Below, in pieces: positions 38,461 through 51,124 of a stretch of 61,677 nucleotides of DNA. The notes beneath the pieces were generated by a model. It saw nothing but the letters and a program-made list of their open reading frames with translations. It searched no databases and was not told the origin of the DNA. The stretch's first letter is position 1, and each line of letters starts with the position of its first letter. The translations under genes and the position numbers were made by a program. Origin of the DNA: Octopus bimaculoides (lineage: Eukaryota); contig NC_069004.1 of the NCBI RefSeq assembly GCF_001194135.2, forward strand, positions 12,125,713 to 12,187,389, given 5' to 3'.

Positions 38461-39020
38461 TATGGAAGGAGAGGTATGGTAAAATGTTATGTCCATGTCT
38501 TTGCCAAGTGTATCAGTACAGCAAGTGAATCTGTGCTGTTTATGCATCTGTGGAATACATACTAACAAAAAATGATGCTGATCCTATTGTCAGCCCTTTT
38601 TTTTTTCTTCTTCTTTTTTGTAGCCGGGTAAACTGAAGAAAATTTACTCGTCTTCTCGGACACTGCTATTTTTTTTCTTCCCCAATGGTAATATAAACTC
38701 ATTGATCACCATTTTAGATGTTCGATTGTATTGGCCGTTTATGGTTGCAAAATTAAAGAATTGATCATTTTTTTAAAACCATTATCACATAATAGCCATA
38801 GACACCAGGCAATCACACTAGATGCAAGCCAGTGTCTGATCACATGCCAACAACAACAACAACAATGGTTAACTTAGGGATTCCTCAGTTAGATAATGTA
38901 ACTCTGTGTATTCCCTCACAAGCAAGGTACAACTCTGTGTAGTAGAGTTACATTTATGTCTGATAAAAGATTGAAATAACTGCTAATGTATTTCTTTACT
39001 CTAAACACAAATCCCTTTGC

Positions 39021-39455
39021 TGTTGTTGGCACTCCGTCGCTTACGACGCCGAGGGTTCCAGTTGATCCGATCAACGGAACAGCCTGCTCGTGAAATTAAC
39101 GTGCCAGTGGCTGAGCACTCCACAGACACGTGTACTCTTAACGTAGTTCTCGGGGATATTCAGCGTNNNNNNNNNNCACGTGTACTCTTAACGTAGTTCT
39201 CGGGGATATTCAGCGTGACACAGTGTGACAAGGGGCTGACCCTTTGAATTACAGGCACAACAGAAGCAGGAAGTAAGAGTGAGAGAAAGTTATGGTGGAA
39301 GAGTATAGCAGGGTTCACCACTATCTCCTGCTGGAGCCTCATGGAGCTTTAGGATTTTTCGCTCAATAAACACTCACAACGCCTGGTCTGGGAATCGAAA
39401 CTGCGATCCTATGACCGCGAGTCCGCTGCCCTAACCACTGGGCCATTGCACCTCC
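39021..39455 (-). mobile_element. SINE family A (head1 + tail1) with 11-bp TSD; contains a 10-N gap duplication
   Basis: TSD CCCTTTGCTGT at 39013-39023 and 39455-39465. Confidence 0.9.
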
Positions 39456-40541
39456 CCCTTTGCTGTACCACCAGGTTATTAATATCCCTATGTCCAAAAA
39501 AAAAAAATAACATATGAACCAAATAGTTTTGGTTGGCAATGAATGGTGTTACATAGCTTAAAAGACCAGCGAGGGAGAATATGGTATGGTATGGTACTGT
39601 ATATGGTTAATTTAGGGATCCCTCAGATAATGTAACTGTGCATTTCCTCACTAACAAGGTACAACTTTTGTGTAGTGGAGTTATATTTATGCCTGATAAA
39701 AAGAATGAAGTAAACTGCTAATGTGTTTCTCTTCTCTAACACAAAAACCCCTGTCGTCTTGCTGTAATGTTTGCTGATGTAAAAGTCGATGTAAAGGTAG
39801 CCAGGAGATGTTACTAAAATTGATTCCTTTTAACAACCTTTCTCCTTCAAGCTATTGACTTGATCTCTTCCATATGGTGCTTCATATCCGTTTCATTACA
39901 GACTAACGGTTTTCTTAGAAATACGTAAATCATCCTTTTGCAGCCATCGCATCTTTCCTACTTCATCCGTTACATCCAGTCAGTAGCAGCAGCCATAAAT
40001 CTGAGAGTAATCAGCCAGAGGAGGGAAATTCTTCCCCCCCTCTCTCTCTCCTCCTCCTCTCTCTCTCCCTCCCCTTCTCTCTTGCACACATTTCCTCTAA
40101 ATGTAAAGAGTTAATAACTTTATCTCCTACTTCTCTGCTTAGTATCTTTGCTTTATCCCCTACTTCTGTGCTTCATAACTTAGTCTTAACTCTTACTGCC
40201 TGCCCCCACCCCCACCTTTCCCTTCTTCTGGGGTGGGGGTGGAGGGCACCTGTGTGAACTGGACCCTGGACCAAACCATGTTCTGAAGGGGTCCAATATG
40301 GGTGAATAAAGCTGACGAGAGCTGCCTCCTGGCTACCCCTCAGTAAAGTGTAACCCCTGTATGCTTTTCTTATTAACAACTGCCTCGGGTGGAATAAAGA
40401 AGTGGGGAAAAAGCTTTGTACCCTACTGACTGGAATAGTAAGCACTTACAGGAGCTCCAGCTGGGCCAGTTATGACTTGTTTTATATGCCATATATGGTA
40501 TTACACAAATATTATAGAATACACGATATTATTTAATGTGT

Positions 40542-41333
40542 GGATTCCACTGAGGTTGACTCAACCTTTCACCCTTTCGGGGTTGATAAAATAAGTACCA
40601 GTTGCATACTGTAGGTTGATGTCATCAATTACTCCCTCCCCAGAAATCGCTGGCCCTGGACCAAAATTTGAAATCAATGTTATATAACATGTGGTATCAT
40701 AGAATATATACTATCGTATGATATTGTACAACATTGTAAAATATTGTACAATATTATATGATATGAATTTCAAATTTTGGCGCAGTGCCAGCAATTTTGG
40801 GTGAAGGGTAAATTGGTTACATTGATGCCAGTGCTCAACTGGTCCTTATTTTGTCAACCCCGAAAGGATGAAAGACAAAGTTGACCTTGGCGGAATTTGC
40901 TCCAAATAAGTAATAATAATATTAAGAAGAAGAAAAAGAATGATTTCAAATTCTGGCACTATGCCAGCAATATTGGGGCTAGGGATAAGTCAATTACATC
41001 GATCCCCAGTGCGCAGCTGGTACTTTTCGTATCCACCTTGAAACGATGAAGGACAAAGTTCACCTTGATGGAATTTGAACTCAGAATGTTATCACTGTTG
41101 TTATTAATATCATTAAGGCAGCGAGCTGGCGTGGTCATTAGCGCGCTGGGAGAAATGCTTAGTGGCACTTTGTCCGCCTTTACGTTCTGAGATCAAATTC
41201 CGCCGAGGTCAACTTTGCCTTTCATCCTTTCGGGGTCAATAAAATAAGTCCCAGTTGAACACTAGGGTCGATGTAGTCAACTAGTCCCCTTCCCCAAAAT
41301 TTCAGGCCTTGTACCTTTAGTAGAAGGGATTAT
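40542..41333. mobile_element. Cluster of four SINE family D copies (40542-40675 +, 40768-40902 -, 40943-41090 -, 41115-41333 +)
   Basis: Shared CCTTTCATCCTTTCGGGGT..ATAAAATAAGT core. Confidence 0.8.
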
Positions 41334-42011
41334 TATATTTGATATTATTATTGATAATGATGTTTTATTTTGAGATTTCCAGCAACGGTGTGTTGCATTA
41401 TGATTTAACTGTCATTGTAGCGTCTCTTCTTCCTAAGTCAATAACTAAAAATTGCCTGTTAAACAGTGGAATCTGTCAGTAAACTGATCCAGTCATAAAA
41501 GTCTGCTATTATGTTAAGTGTTACACACTCCGCTGAAGGGTGACAATGGCTGATGATGTATCGTATTGTAACCTATCGCATTGCAGTATCGGGCTTCGTG
41601 TAAGGAACGGTTACTTCATGTTTAAGCTATCAACATCGCACAGGACTTTGAAATAATTACTCTACTTTGATGGTTTCCCCATATTTATTATTATTGATGT
41701 TGTTACTATAGTTGTGATGATGGTGGTGGTGGTGGTGGTGGTGGTGGTGGTGGTGGCAGTGGTTTAGCTCTCTGTCGTCATCTCCTCTCCACCACCAANN
41801 NNNNNNNNNNNNNNNNNNNNNNNNNNNNNNNNNNNNNNNNNNNNNNNNNNNNNNNNNNNNNNNNNNNNNNNNNNNNNNNNNNNNNNNNNNNNNNNNNNNN
41901 NNNNNNNNNNNNNNNNNNNNNNNNNNNNNNNNNNNNNNNNNNNNNNNNNNNNNNNNNNNNNNNNNNNNNNNNNNNNNNNNNNNNNNNNNNNNNNNNNNNN
42001 NNNNNNNNATT

Positions 42012-42224
42012 GATACTCTTTTACTTTTTTTACTTGTTTCAGTCATTTGACTGCGGCCATGCTGGGGCACCGCATTTAGTCAAGCAAATCGACCCCAGGA
42101 CTTATTCTTTGTAAGCCTAGTACTTATTCTATCAGTCTCTTTTGCCGAACTGCTAAGTTATGGAGACGTAAACACACCACCATCGGTTGTCAAGTGATGT
42201 TGGGGGTGGGGAGCAAGCACACAC

Positions 42225-42265
<41 letters not shown>

Positions 42266-42427
42266 CGACAGACTTCTTTCAGTTTCTGTCTACCAAATCC
42301 ACACACGAGGCTTTGGTCGGCCCGAGGCTATAGTAGAAGACAGTTTCCCAAGGTGCCATGCAGTGGGAATGAACCCGGAACCATATGGTTGGTAAACAAG
42401 CTACTTACCAACACAACCACTTCTGCA
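42012..42427 (-). mobile_element. SINE family C
   Basis: High identity to 15541-15960. Confidence 0.9.
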
Positions 42428-43182
42428 CCTTCATGTTGAAAGTCTTTTACAATCCTATCCTGTCTGTCTGTTTGTCTTCGGTGACGGTAATCAGAGACCA
42501 GCAAGATAAGACTTCATTAAATTTCTGGTCATTTGGTTGAGCAGGACCTATAGTGAAAGACATTCCAACCATGACCATCTCATCTTTTATTTGGACATAG
42601 TATATCTTGGACTCTATTGTTCAGTAGTCATTGCTTATTTAAAAAAGACTTAGCTGTTATTTCTAACAATTTGAGTGACTCCATTGAGGTTCCTTTCGTG
42701 AATTGATTTTTATGATGGTTGTTCTTGTGAATAATGGTGAAGAAATATGGTAAATATGTCTATATATATGTTGAATTAGTTGTGAATTCCAGTCTTATCT
42801 TTGTTGTTAGAGATGGTTTAACATGTTCACCTTCATCACCTACTGCAGCACAATCGCCTCCCCCACCCTGTCCCCCTAATACCACCACCCTACAACCGTA
42901 GCCCATGCCCCACGCCCCACCCCACTGCCTCAGTTGTTTTACATGTTTCTGTCAAGTCAGGCTGACATGAGACCCAGAAAGAAGCCAGAAGATTTGTAAG
43001 GTTCAGGAATTCCGTTTGTTCCATTTAGGTCATTCTGTTCATAGAATATGTTTGTGTCTGTCTGTTTGTGTGTGTGTCTGTGTCTATATGTGTGTATGTG
43101 TCTGTATGTCTAGAGACTTGTGTGTGTGTTATGTATATATGTTATGTGTGTGTGTGTGTGCGTGCATTCATAGATGCTTATG

Positions 43183-43346
43183 TACAGGTGTAGGTATGGT
43201 TGTGTGGTAAGAAGCTTGTTTCTCAACCACATGATTCTGGGTTCAAGTCCCAATGCATGGCACCTTGGGCAAATGTCTTCTATAGCCTCATTCCAACCAA
43301 AGTCTTGTGAGTGAATTTGGTAGATGCAAACTGAAAACAAGCCTAT

Positions 43347-43370
<24 letters not shown>
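43183..43370 (+). mobile_element. SINE family C 5' half
   Basis: Head and CORE-like box ending in (CA)n. Confidence 0.75.
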
Positions 43371-43381
<11 letters not shown>

Positions 43382-43458
43382 TTCTCCTTTTCCCTCTATT
43401 TATTTAGTCTGTAACAAACATTTTTCAGAATACTCGAGAAGTATTCCCTGGCATGTCT

Positions 43459-43677
43459 GATAAGTTCACCGTCATCAATTCACTGCAGGAAAAGTTCACT
43501 GTCGTCAAAATTCCTGATTGCACATTTTGATCTCCATTACTTTCATTTTTTTTTTTTTTTTTTTTTCAATAAAATAGTTTTTAACTATTAATGGTGAGAT
43601 ACTATGGATATATTTTCCTAGTGAACTTTCCTTGTGGTGACCTTTCTTAATGGTGAATTGTTGGCAGTGAACTTATC
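43459..43677. mobile_element. Degenerate MITE-like element with imperfect TIRs and AAGTTCAC sub-repeats
   Basis: GATAAGTTCACCGTCATCAATTCAC vs reverse complement of right end GATAAGTTCACTGCCAACAATTCAC. Confidence 0.55.
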
Positions 43678-44191
43678 TCTATTCATTCCATGGAGGCCTT
43701 TTTCCTTGCAATTTACTTGGCAATCTCACTAGTCTCAGTGGCACACAAAAAAAAAATACTATTCAATACACACTGTAAGGTGATTGGCATTAGGAAGGGC
43801 CTCCAGCTGTAGAAACCCTGCCACAGCTTGAATTGAAGCTCAGTACAGCCCTGCAGGTCACCAGATATTGGTCAAACTGTCCGACTTAGGCCAGCATAGA
43901 AAACAGACATTAAATAATGATGATTGTCAAATTTGCCTTCCAGTTGGATTGACCAGTTACATGTGTCTTCCTGTGTCACACCATACAAAATCTGAACCAA
44001 ATATTGCAGAAGATTCCCTACTGCAAGGCCCATCCCTACTCACAGAAGATTAATTCTCCTGCCATCTTCCTCCATTACCTACCTCCTCTTCTCTGTATTT
44101 GGTAATTAACTCGCATCTTTTGCTGTGGCCATTTTTCTTTCTTGCAAATCATATCAATGTGTCATCTTTAGTTCATTATATTACTTAATTG

Positions 44192-44494
44192 GAGGCACAA
44201 TGGCCCAGTGGTTAGGGCAGTGGACTCGCGGTCAGAGGGTCGCGGTTTCGATTCCCAGACCGGGCGTTGTGTGTGTTTATTGAGCAAAACACCTAAGCTC
44301 CACGAGGCTCTGGCAGGGGGTGGTGGCGACCCCTGTTGTACTCTTTCGCCCCCACTTTCTCTCACTCTTTCTTCCTGTTTCTTGAGTAACGCTGCGATGG
44401 ATTGACGTCCCGTCCAGCTGTGGAGCGGGGGGGGGAGAACACATACGCCATAGAAACTGGGAAACCGGGCCCATGAGCCTGGTTAGGCTTTGAG
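44192..44494 (+). mobile_element. SINE head1 + tail2
   Basis: Same 5' ~180 bp as 3370-3550, then GTAACGCTGCGATGG...ACACATACGCCATAGAAACTGGGAAACCGGGCCCATGAGCC. Confidence 0.9.
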
Positions 44495-44519
44495 AGGGCA
44501 ATGTTTTTTACGTATTACT

Positions 44520-44940
44520 TAATTAATTTCCATAATCGGTGGAGGGGAAGAGGCAGGGCCCATGACTTTCATACTCTTCTAATACAAGTGGGAAGAATGG
44601 GATCAAGGCCCTTTTTCAATAAGTTGATGGCTGCAGGAAGACCAGGATTCAGTGGGATTTCAGGACCAGCAGGTTTGGGGAGGAAGGACTAGGTATAGTG
44701 GTTAGGGTATGGCCTGTAACAAATAGGGATGGACACAACTAGAAAGGGGATGGGAGGAGAAGAGATTAGGTGTATGGGTTAGGGTAAGGTTTGTAGTGGA
44801 TGAGAGAATACAACAAGGACGATGGGATGGGGAATATGAGAGCAGTCATTTACAAGGAGCAGAAGCTATTGTAGTAGCAGTAGAAAAGACAAAGGAGATG
44901 GCACAAGCGATGGATCAAGGGACTGGCAGTAATATCTTAT
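44520..44940 (-). mobile_element. Highly degraded CR1/L2-like LINE 3' region
   Basis: Minus strand HRLCHLLCLFYCYYNSFCSL resembles the HRR..ASLCLFYRYY.G.CS motif. Confidence 0.45.
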
Positions 44941-45242
44941 GCAAAAAATTCTTAATTTTCCTTAACTTGTCTAGCATTGCAAATGCTTCAAAAGTTATGC
45001 AAATTTAAAGATTTTTTTTTTACATAAGGTATTACTGCTATTTGCAATGAATATGTTATTGTTAAGAAAAAAAAAAATTTGAAATTTTCCCAGATCAAAC
45101 GAAGGTAATTTATTTTTCCCTGCAAGATATTTCTTGTAAACTATATCATAAATGAGAAAAATCTTTGAGTTTTTATGCATCAACATGCGCCAGCCTTTCG
45201 GTCCAAGATGAAGATGTTTGATAATCCATTTCCAAGTAAGTT

Positions 45243-45291
<49 letters not shown>

Positions 45292-45846
45292 GCACACATT
45301 CACACTTGTGTGTGTTGCAGTTTTTCTAATTATTTTGCACCATAATTACCATATTCGCCCCCCCCNNNNNNNNNNTTTCTAATTATTTTGCACCATAATT
45401 ACCATATTCGCCCCCCCCCCCTTCACTCCCAACCCCTCCTTCACGAAGACTGTTGTTAACCAAGACTCGATCTAATCCGTAAAACACCACCATAATTTAG
45501 TAACAGATGTAAAAAGTAATCATTTATTCTCAACAAAATCTTGATAATTTTTTTTTTCTTCCTCTCAACCATAACATTGCAGGCTTCTCGTTAAGCTGCC
45601 GAAATTCTAAGCATTCATGTTTTTCTTCAGAGTTCAAGTAATTTTGGAGATGATATTCTCTCTATATATCTATCTATCTATCTATTTATCTATCTATCTA
45701 GTTATCTATCACTTTGCCTCTTTCTCTCTATCTTTCTCTCTCTTTCTTTCTCTCTCTTTTCTTTCTCTCTCTCTCTCTCTAGTTATCTATTTACCTTTCT
45801 ACATATCTATTAATCTATCTACCCATCAATCTGTTTGTCTGTCTAC

Positions 45847-45892
<46 letters not shown>

Positions 45893-46489
45893 CTCCCCTC
45901 TCTCTCTCTCTCCCTCTCCCCCCTCTCTCTCCCTCTCTTTCTCCCTCTCTCTCAAATGTGTCCCATTGATTTTTGATTTCTTCGATTTTCTGTAATTTTC
46001 AACACTTTTTATTGCAGAATAATCTTGCAGGAGAAAAAAAAAAAGTTCTTTATTTATTTTCTCTTCTTCATACACACTTATATGACGTATGTATGTGTAC
46101 GCATGTGTATGTCTCTGTGTGTGTGTGTGTGTGTATGTGCATGTGTATACACATGTGAGTATTTGAAAATGCCTGCATCTGAAAACCGCCAACATTTTTA
46201 ACAGTTTTTACAGAAATGGAAATGCATGAGAAAAAAGAAAGAAAAAAAACAGAAAAAAAAGACATTTCTTAATAAATTTCTGCACTATAAGGATTCTGTG
46301 CAAGAAAAGAAAATATTTAAGTGGAGGATGGGGGGGTGGGATGAGGAATTTTGCTTCATCCCTCTGTAATCCAAGTTCAAATCTAACTGGGTTACACTTC
46401 AATTTTTTTTTTATCTCTCTGGGGTCAATGGAATAAGTGATAAGTACTCTGGAGATAGTGTATGTGTATGTACCCTATTTCATTATCAT

Positions 46490-46700
46490 CATAATCCTCA
46501 TTATCATTCAATGTCCATGTTCCATGCTGGTATGGGTTGGATAATTTGACAAGATCTGATGGATCTAAGGACTACATCCTACTCCAGTGTCTGATTTGGC
46601 ATCGTTTCTATAGCTGGATGCCCTTCCTAAAACCAACCACTTTACAGTATGTACTGGGCGCTTTTTATGTGGCATTAGCTCTGGGGAAGTCACCATGTAG
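46490..46700 (-). mobile_element. RTE-type 3' tail fragment, diverged
   Basis: TCATTCAATGTCCATGTTCCATGCTGG...TTTCTATAGCTGGATGCCCTTCC. Confidence 0.7.
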
Positions 46701-46939
46701 TTTGCAAAACTATGAAACCCAAAGAGATCAGAGGTCTTTCATGTTAGGGGATGTGAAGTTAAACTATAAGAGAATTGGGGTTGGGTGGGAGCAGAACAGG
46801 TTCTTTCAGAGGAGCTGCATAGCTACTCATATTTAGGGGGTGAGAGTGATCAGTAGAAGCTGCAGAGATAAACATTGGTGAGGAAGTGTCCAGATAGCCC
46901 CTTAAGATACAGGATGAGTATAAAAAAAAAAGTAAAGTT

Positions 46940-47570
46940 ACCTTGTCGAGTCCAGGAATTGAAAACCACAATCTTACAGTCATGAGCCCAGCACCTTAAC
47001 CACTAAGCCATGTGTCTTCACAAAGGTAAAATTCCCTTCTCAAGTCATACTGACTCATAAGGGTTGTTTTCTGGGGCGTATATATTCCCCACCTGGATGG
47101 GACACCAGTCCATTGCAGGATTACTCATTTTTGCCAGCTGAGTGGACTGAAGCAACATCAAATGAAGTGTTTTGCTCTAGAAAACAACATGTTGCGCAGT
47201 CCAGGAATCGAAACCACAATCTTACAATCACAAGTCCAACACCCTAATCACTATGCCATGTGCTTGTTGTACTCTTCCGCTCCAACTTTCTCTCACTCTT
47301 TCTTCCTATTTCTTGGGTAACGCTGCGATGGACTGGCGTCCCGTCCAGCTGGTGGAAACACATATGGCTAGGCTTTAAAANNNNNNNNNNTATATATATA
47401 CACGATAGGCTTCTTTCAGTTTCGATCTACCAAATCCATTCACAAGCCTTTGGTCTGTCTGAGGCTATATATAGAAGATACTTCACTTGTCCAAGGTGCC
47501 ATGCAGTGGGACTGAACCTAGAACCATGTGGTTGGGAAGCCAGCTTCTTACCACACAGCTATGCATGCTG
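46940..47570. mobile_element. Jumbled SINE cluster (two head2 minus copies, tail2 plus fragment, family C head minus)
   Basis: Module matches to the intact copies elsewhere in the window. Confidence 0.7.
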
Positions 47571-48046
47571 CTAATATTTAGTTACAAGTAATTTCTTCTC
47601 TGTTGCCCTTTTTCCTGCTTGCAGCTTCCACCACCTCCATCACTCATCCATATTACCAAGTTGATTTTAAACTGTATCCATCCAGTTGTTATATATATAT
47701 ATATTTTCTTCATGTTCTTCTTACTTAAAGGAAGTGACGTTTGTCCTTCATGTTTCTGAAGATGACCAGATTAGCTCAAGTAATATCTCAGGAAGTCCAA
47801 GATTTATTTTCAGACAGAGTTTGTAGTTGTTTCCTTTTCGTTTCTCTTGTTATGATTTCTATCAACCAAGGACAAGGACAGACCTTCTCCAGATGTTGCT
47901 AATCTAATTATTATCAGACAAGGACTATCCGTCTTCAGCTGTCGTTAACCTAATTATTATCAAAGAAGAGAGAAATGGAGCTTCTCTTATTTGTTGTCAC
48001 TTAATTATTCCACTCAGCATTAATAATCAGCGATGTTATTTAACCC

Positions 48047-48221
48047 GTCGCTACATTCTGAGTTCAAATTCCGCCGAGGTCGACTTTGCCTTTCATCCTT
48101 TCGGGGTTGATAAATTAAGTACCAGTTACGCACTGGGGTCGACGTAATCGACTTAATCCCTTTGTCTGTCCTTGCTTGTCCCCTCTATGTTTAGCCCCTT
48201 GTGGGCAATAAAGAAATAAGA
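48047..48221 (+). mobile_element. SINE family D, 5'-truncated, young
   Basis: Near-identical to 22460-22630. Confidence 0.88.
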
Positions 48222-48863
48222 ATGGATCAGAAGGAAGAATTTATATGGAAGTTTAAATATCCTAAGGTAGATGTCAGTGAAAAGAAAGGTGGTGTGGGGA
48301 CGGGGACAAGCCAGACACCCTCCTTTTCTCTTTCTACATCTAACTCGCCCACTGCCCCTCTCTCTCTCTCCCTCTCTCTCTCTCTCCCTCTCTCTCTCCC
48401 TCTCTCTCTCTCTCTATCTCTCTCTCTCTATCTCTCTCTCTCTCTCTTCGGCTGTTTCCATTGGCATCCGAGATAAACTGTCATCAAGGGAATAAATATA
48501 ATTGTGTGTGTGTGTGTGTTATGTAGTGGATTGTGGAGAGGAGGCTCTTGGTAAACACATAACATGGGGTGGTGGCAGGGAGAGAGGGTTAAATGGCTTT
48601 TTAGATCCCTCTCCTCCCCTAAATCTCCCTTCATCTGATATAGTGCTATTCTCTAGTAGTTTTCTGATTTAACCTAATCCACTTTCAAGACACCCCCCCA
48701 TCCCATATACCCCTAATATCTCAGAGTTTTACTACAGTCTTTATGACACTTTGGAAAGGGGGTGATGTAATGATTATTATTATTATTATTATTATTAATA
48801 TTTAAGGATTTTCATTACTCCTCCCGAAGGTAAAGGAACAATAAGAAGAGTGCCACTGTTATG

Positions 48864-49069
48864 GAATGAAGAATATTTCGACACTTTATGGAAGATACAC
48901 GAAGTGTCAAAATATTGTTTCATTCGATAACAGTCGCTATCTTCTTATTGTTCCTTTCCCTTCTGGAGGAGTAACGCCAATCCTTAAATATTACCAAAAT
49001 GAAGTGAATTGAGATGATTATTTTGAACTTGTGGAAGACACACAAAGTGTCAGAATATTGTTCATTCAC
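48864..49069. other. Two tandem related stem-loops (48864-48925, 49004-49069)
   Basis: First folds into about 26 bp with 3 mismatches, 1 bulge and a 7-nt loop; second is a diverged copy. Confidence 0.6.
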
Positions 49070-49343
49070 TCCTCCTCCTCCTCTTCTTGTTCTTCTTCTT
49101 CTTGTTCTTGTTCTTCTTCTTGTTCTTCTTTTTCTTCTTCCTTTTCTTCTTCTTCTTCTTCTTCTTCTTTTTCTTCTTCCTTTTCTTCTTCCTTTTCTTC
49201 TTTTTCTTCTTTTTCTTCTTCTTCTTTTTCTTCTTCTTCTTCTTCTTCTTCTTCTCTTCTTCCTCCTCCTCCTCCTCCTCCTCATCATCATCATCATCAT
49301 CATCATTATTATTATTGTTATTATTATTATTATTATTATTATT
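49070..49343. repeat. Compound (CTC)(TTC)(CAT)(TAT) trinucleotide tract
   Basis: Direct reading. Confidence 0.95.
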
Positions 49344-49344
49344 A

Positions 49345-49890
49345 AAGATGGTGAGCTGGCAGAGTCATTAGCATGCCAGGCAAAATGCTTTGCAGTATTT
49401 CATCTATCCTTGAGTTCTGAGTTCAAATTCTGCCAAGGTCCACTTTTCCTTTCACCCTTTCAGAGCTGATAAATTAAGTACCAGTCAAGTACCGGGGTCA
49501 ATATGATCAACAATTCCTCTCCTCAAAATTTCAGGTCTTGTGTCTTCAGTAGAAAGGGTTACTATTATTAATAAGGTGGCTAGCTGGCAGAATCATTAGC
49601 ATACCGGACAGGCAAAATGCTGCAAAGCATTTCGGCCATCCTTACGTTCTGAGTTCAAATTCTGCTGAGGCCAACTTTACCTTTCATCCTTTTGAAGTTG
49701 ATAAAATAAGTACCAGTTGAACACTGGGGCCAATGTAATCATCTCATCCTCTCCCACAAAATTGTGACCCTTGTGGCAAAATTCGAAGCCATTGTTATTA
49801 TTGTTATTATGATGGTGATGGTGGCAAGCTAACAGAATTGTCAATGCATTGGACAAAATGCTTCATAGCTGCTGGCTTTTTATGTTTTGA
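49345..49890 (+). mobile_element. Tandem SINE family D copies (49345-49558, 49572-49792, fragment 49822-49890)
   Basis: Repeated head-core-tail separated by TTA/TAA. Confidence 0.8.
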
Positions 49891-50324
49891 GTTCAAATCC
49901 CCTCCACTGCCACCACCACCATCACTTTTCTCATTTTCTGTGATTTTACATTTAGGTAGAAACACTTCCTGTGTTTTAAAATATATTTTTTATGTCATTA
50001 GCCGAAGGTGAGAAATAATTTGTTTTTTATTGACAAAATAGTTTTTATTTGATTGCAAGACATTTCTTTTTTTTGTAATGTTAAATTGATTTTTTTTTTT
50101 TTTATCTTTGAAATTTGTCTCTGTTAAACTATTTTGGGTATTTAATATTTAATTTAATTTCTTTTGTGAAATCATATTTGGACATTTTAAAATGAAAGTT
50201 TTTTTTATGGTACCAATTGCCATCACCACTATCACTACCGTAACCACCACTACCACCACCACCACCACCACCATAACAACAACCCCCACCACCACTACCA
50301 TAACCATCGCCACCATCACCACTG

Positions 50325-50365
<41 letters not shown>

Positions 50366-50688
50366 GCAGGAATGGAACATTTGCTAGTAAAGTAAAATAA
50401 TAGCTAACAACAAGAATCTGAGGCTGGTTGCTCTGGTTTAGAAGGACCTGACCAAAATGTTAGAATTTACCACTCTCACTCCTTCTCCATCACATATGGC
50501 CGTAATAAATTTGAGCTTTATGAAGTAGCGCCTGTAAGAATTGAACTCATGACCTTATTGTTAGTAATTCACTACCTTGACCTCACAATCCATTGTTTTT
50601 ATAGCAAGTTGATGGAGGTAGATTATCCCATCCCCCCTCCGACATTTAGTTCATACAATTGTAAATACCGCATTATTTATGGGATGAC

Positions 50689-50728
<40 letters not shown>

Positions 50729-50834
50729 TGTGTATATATAATATATATGGAATTGAACTTGGAATCTTGGGGTTAGTAGCCCACACTCTTAACCACTACG
50801 CCATTTGCCAATGGGCTACTACAAGGCAGTGACC

Positions 50835-51105
50835 TCATCATCATCATCATCGTTTAATGTCCGCTTTCCATGCTAGCATGGGTTGGACGATTTGACTGAG
50901 GACTGGTGAACCAGATGGCTACACCAGGCTCCAATCTGATTTGGCAGAGTTTCTACAGCTGGATNNNNNNNNNNGTGAACCAGATGGCTACACCAGGCTC
51001 CAATCTGATTTGGCAGAGTTTCTACAGCTGGATGCCCTTCCTAATGCCAACCACTCCGAGAGTGTAGTGGGTGCTTTTACGTGCCACTTGCACGAAGGCC
51101 AGTCA
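50835..51105 (-). mobile_element. RTE-type 3' tail fragment with a 10-N gap duplication
   Basis: CATCATCATCGTTTAATGTCCGCTTTCCATGCTAGCATGGG... Confidence 0.88.
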
Positions 51106-51124
51106 GGAATAATAATGTTAACAA

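Noticed and set aside
40310-40345. CTGACGA followed by a short stem (second hammerhead?)
   Set aside because: No GAAA after the stem and no stem I.
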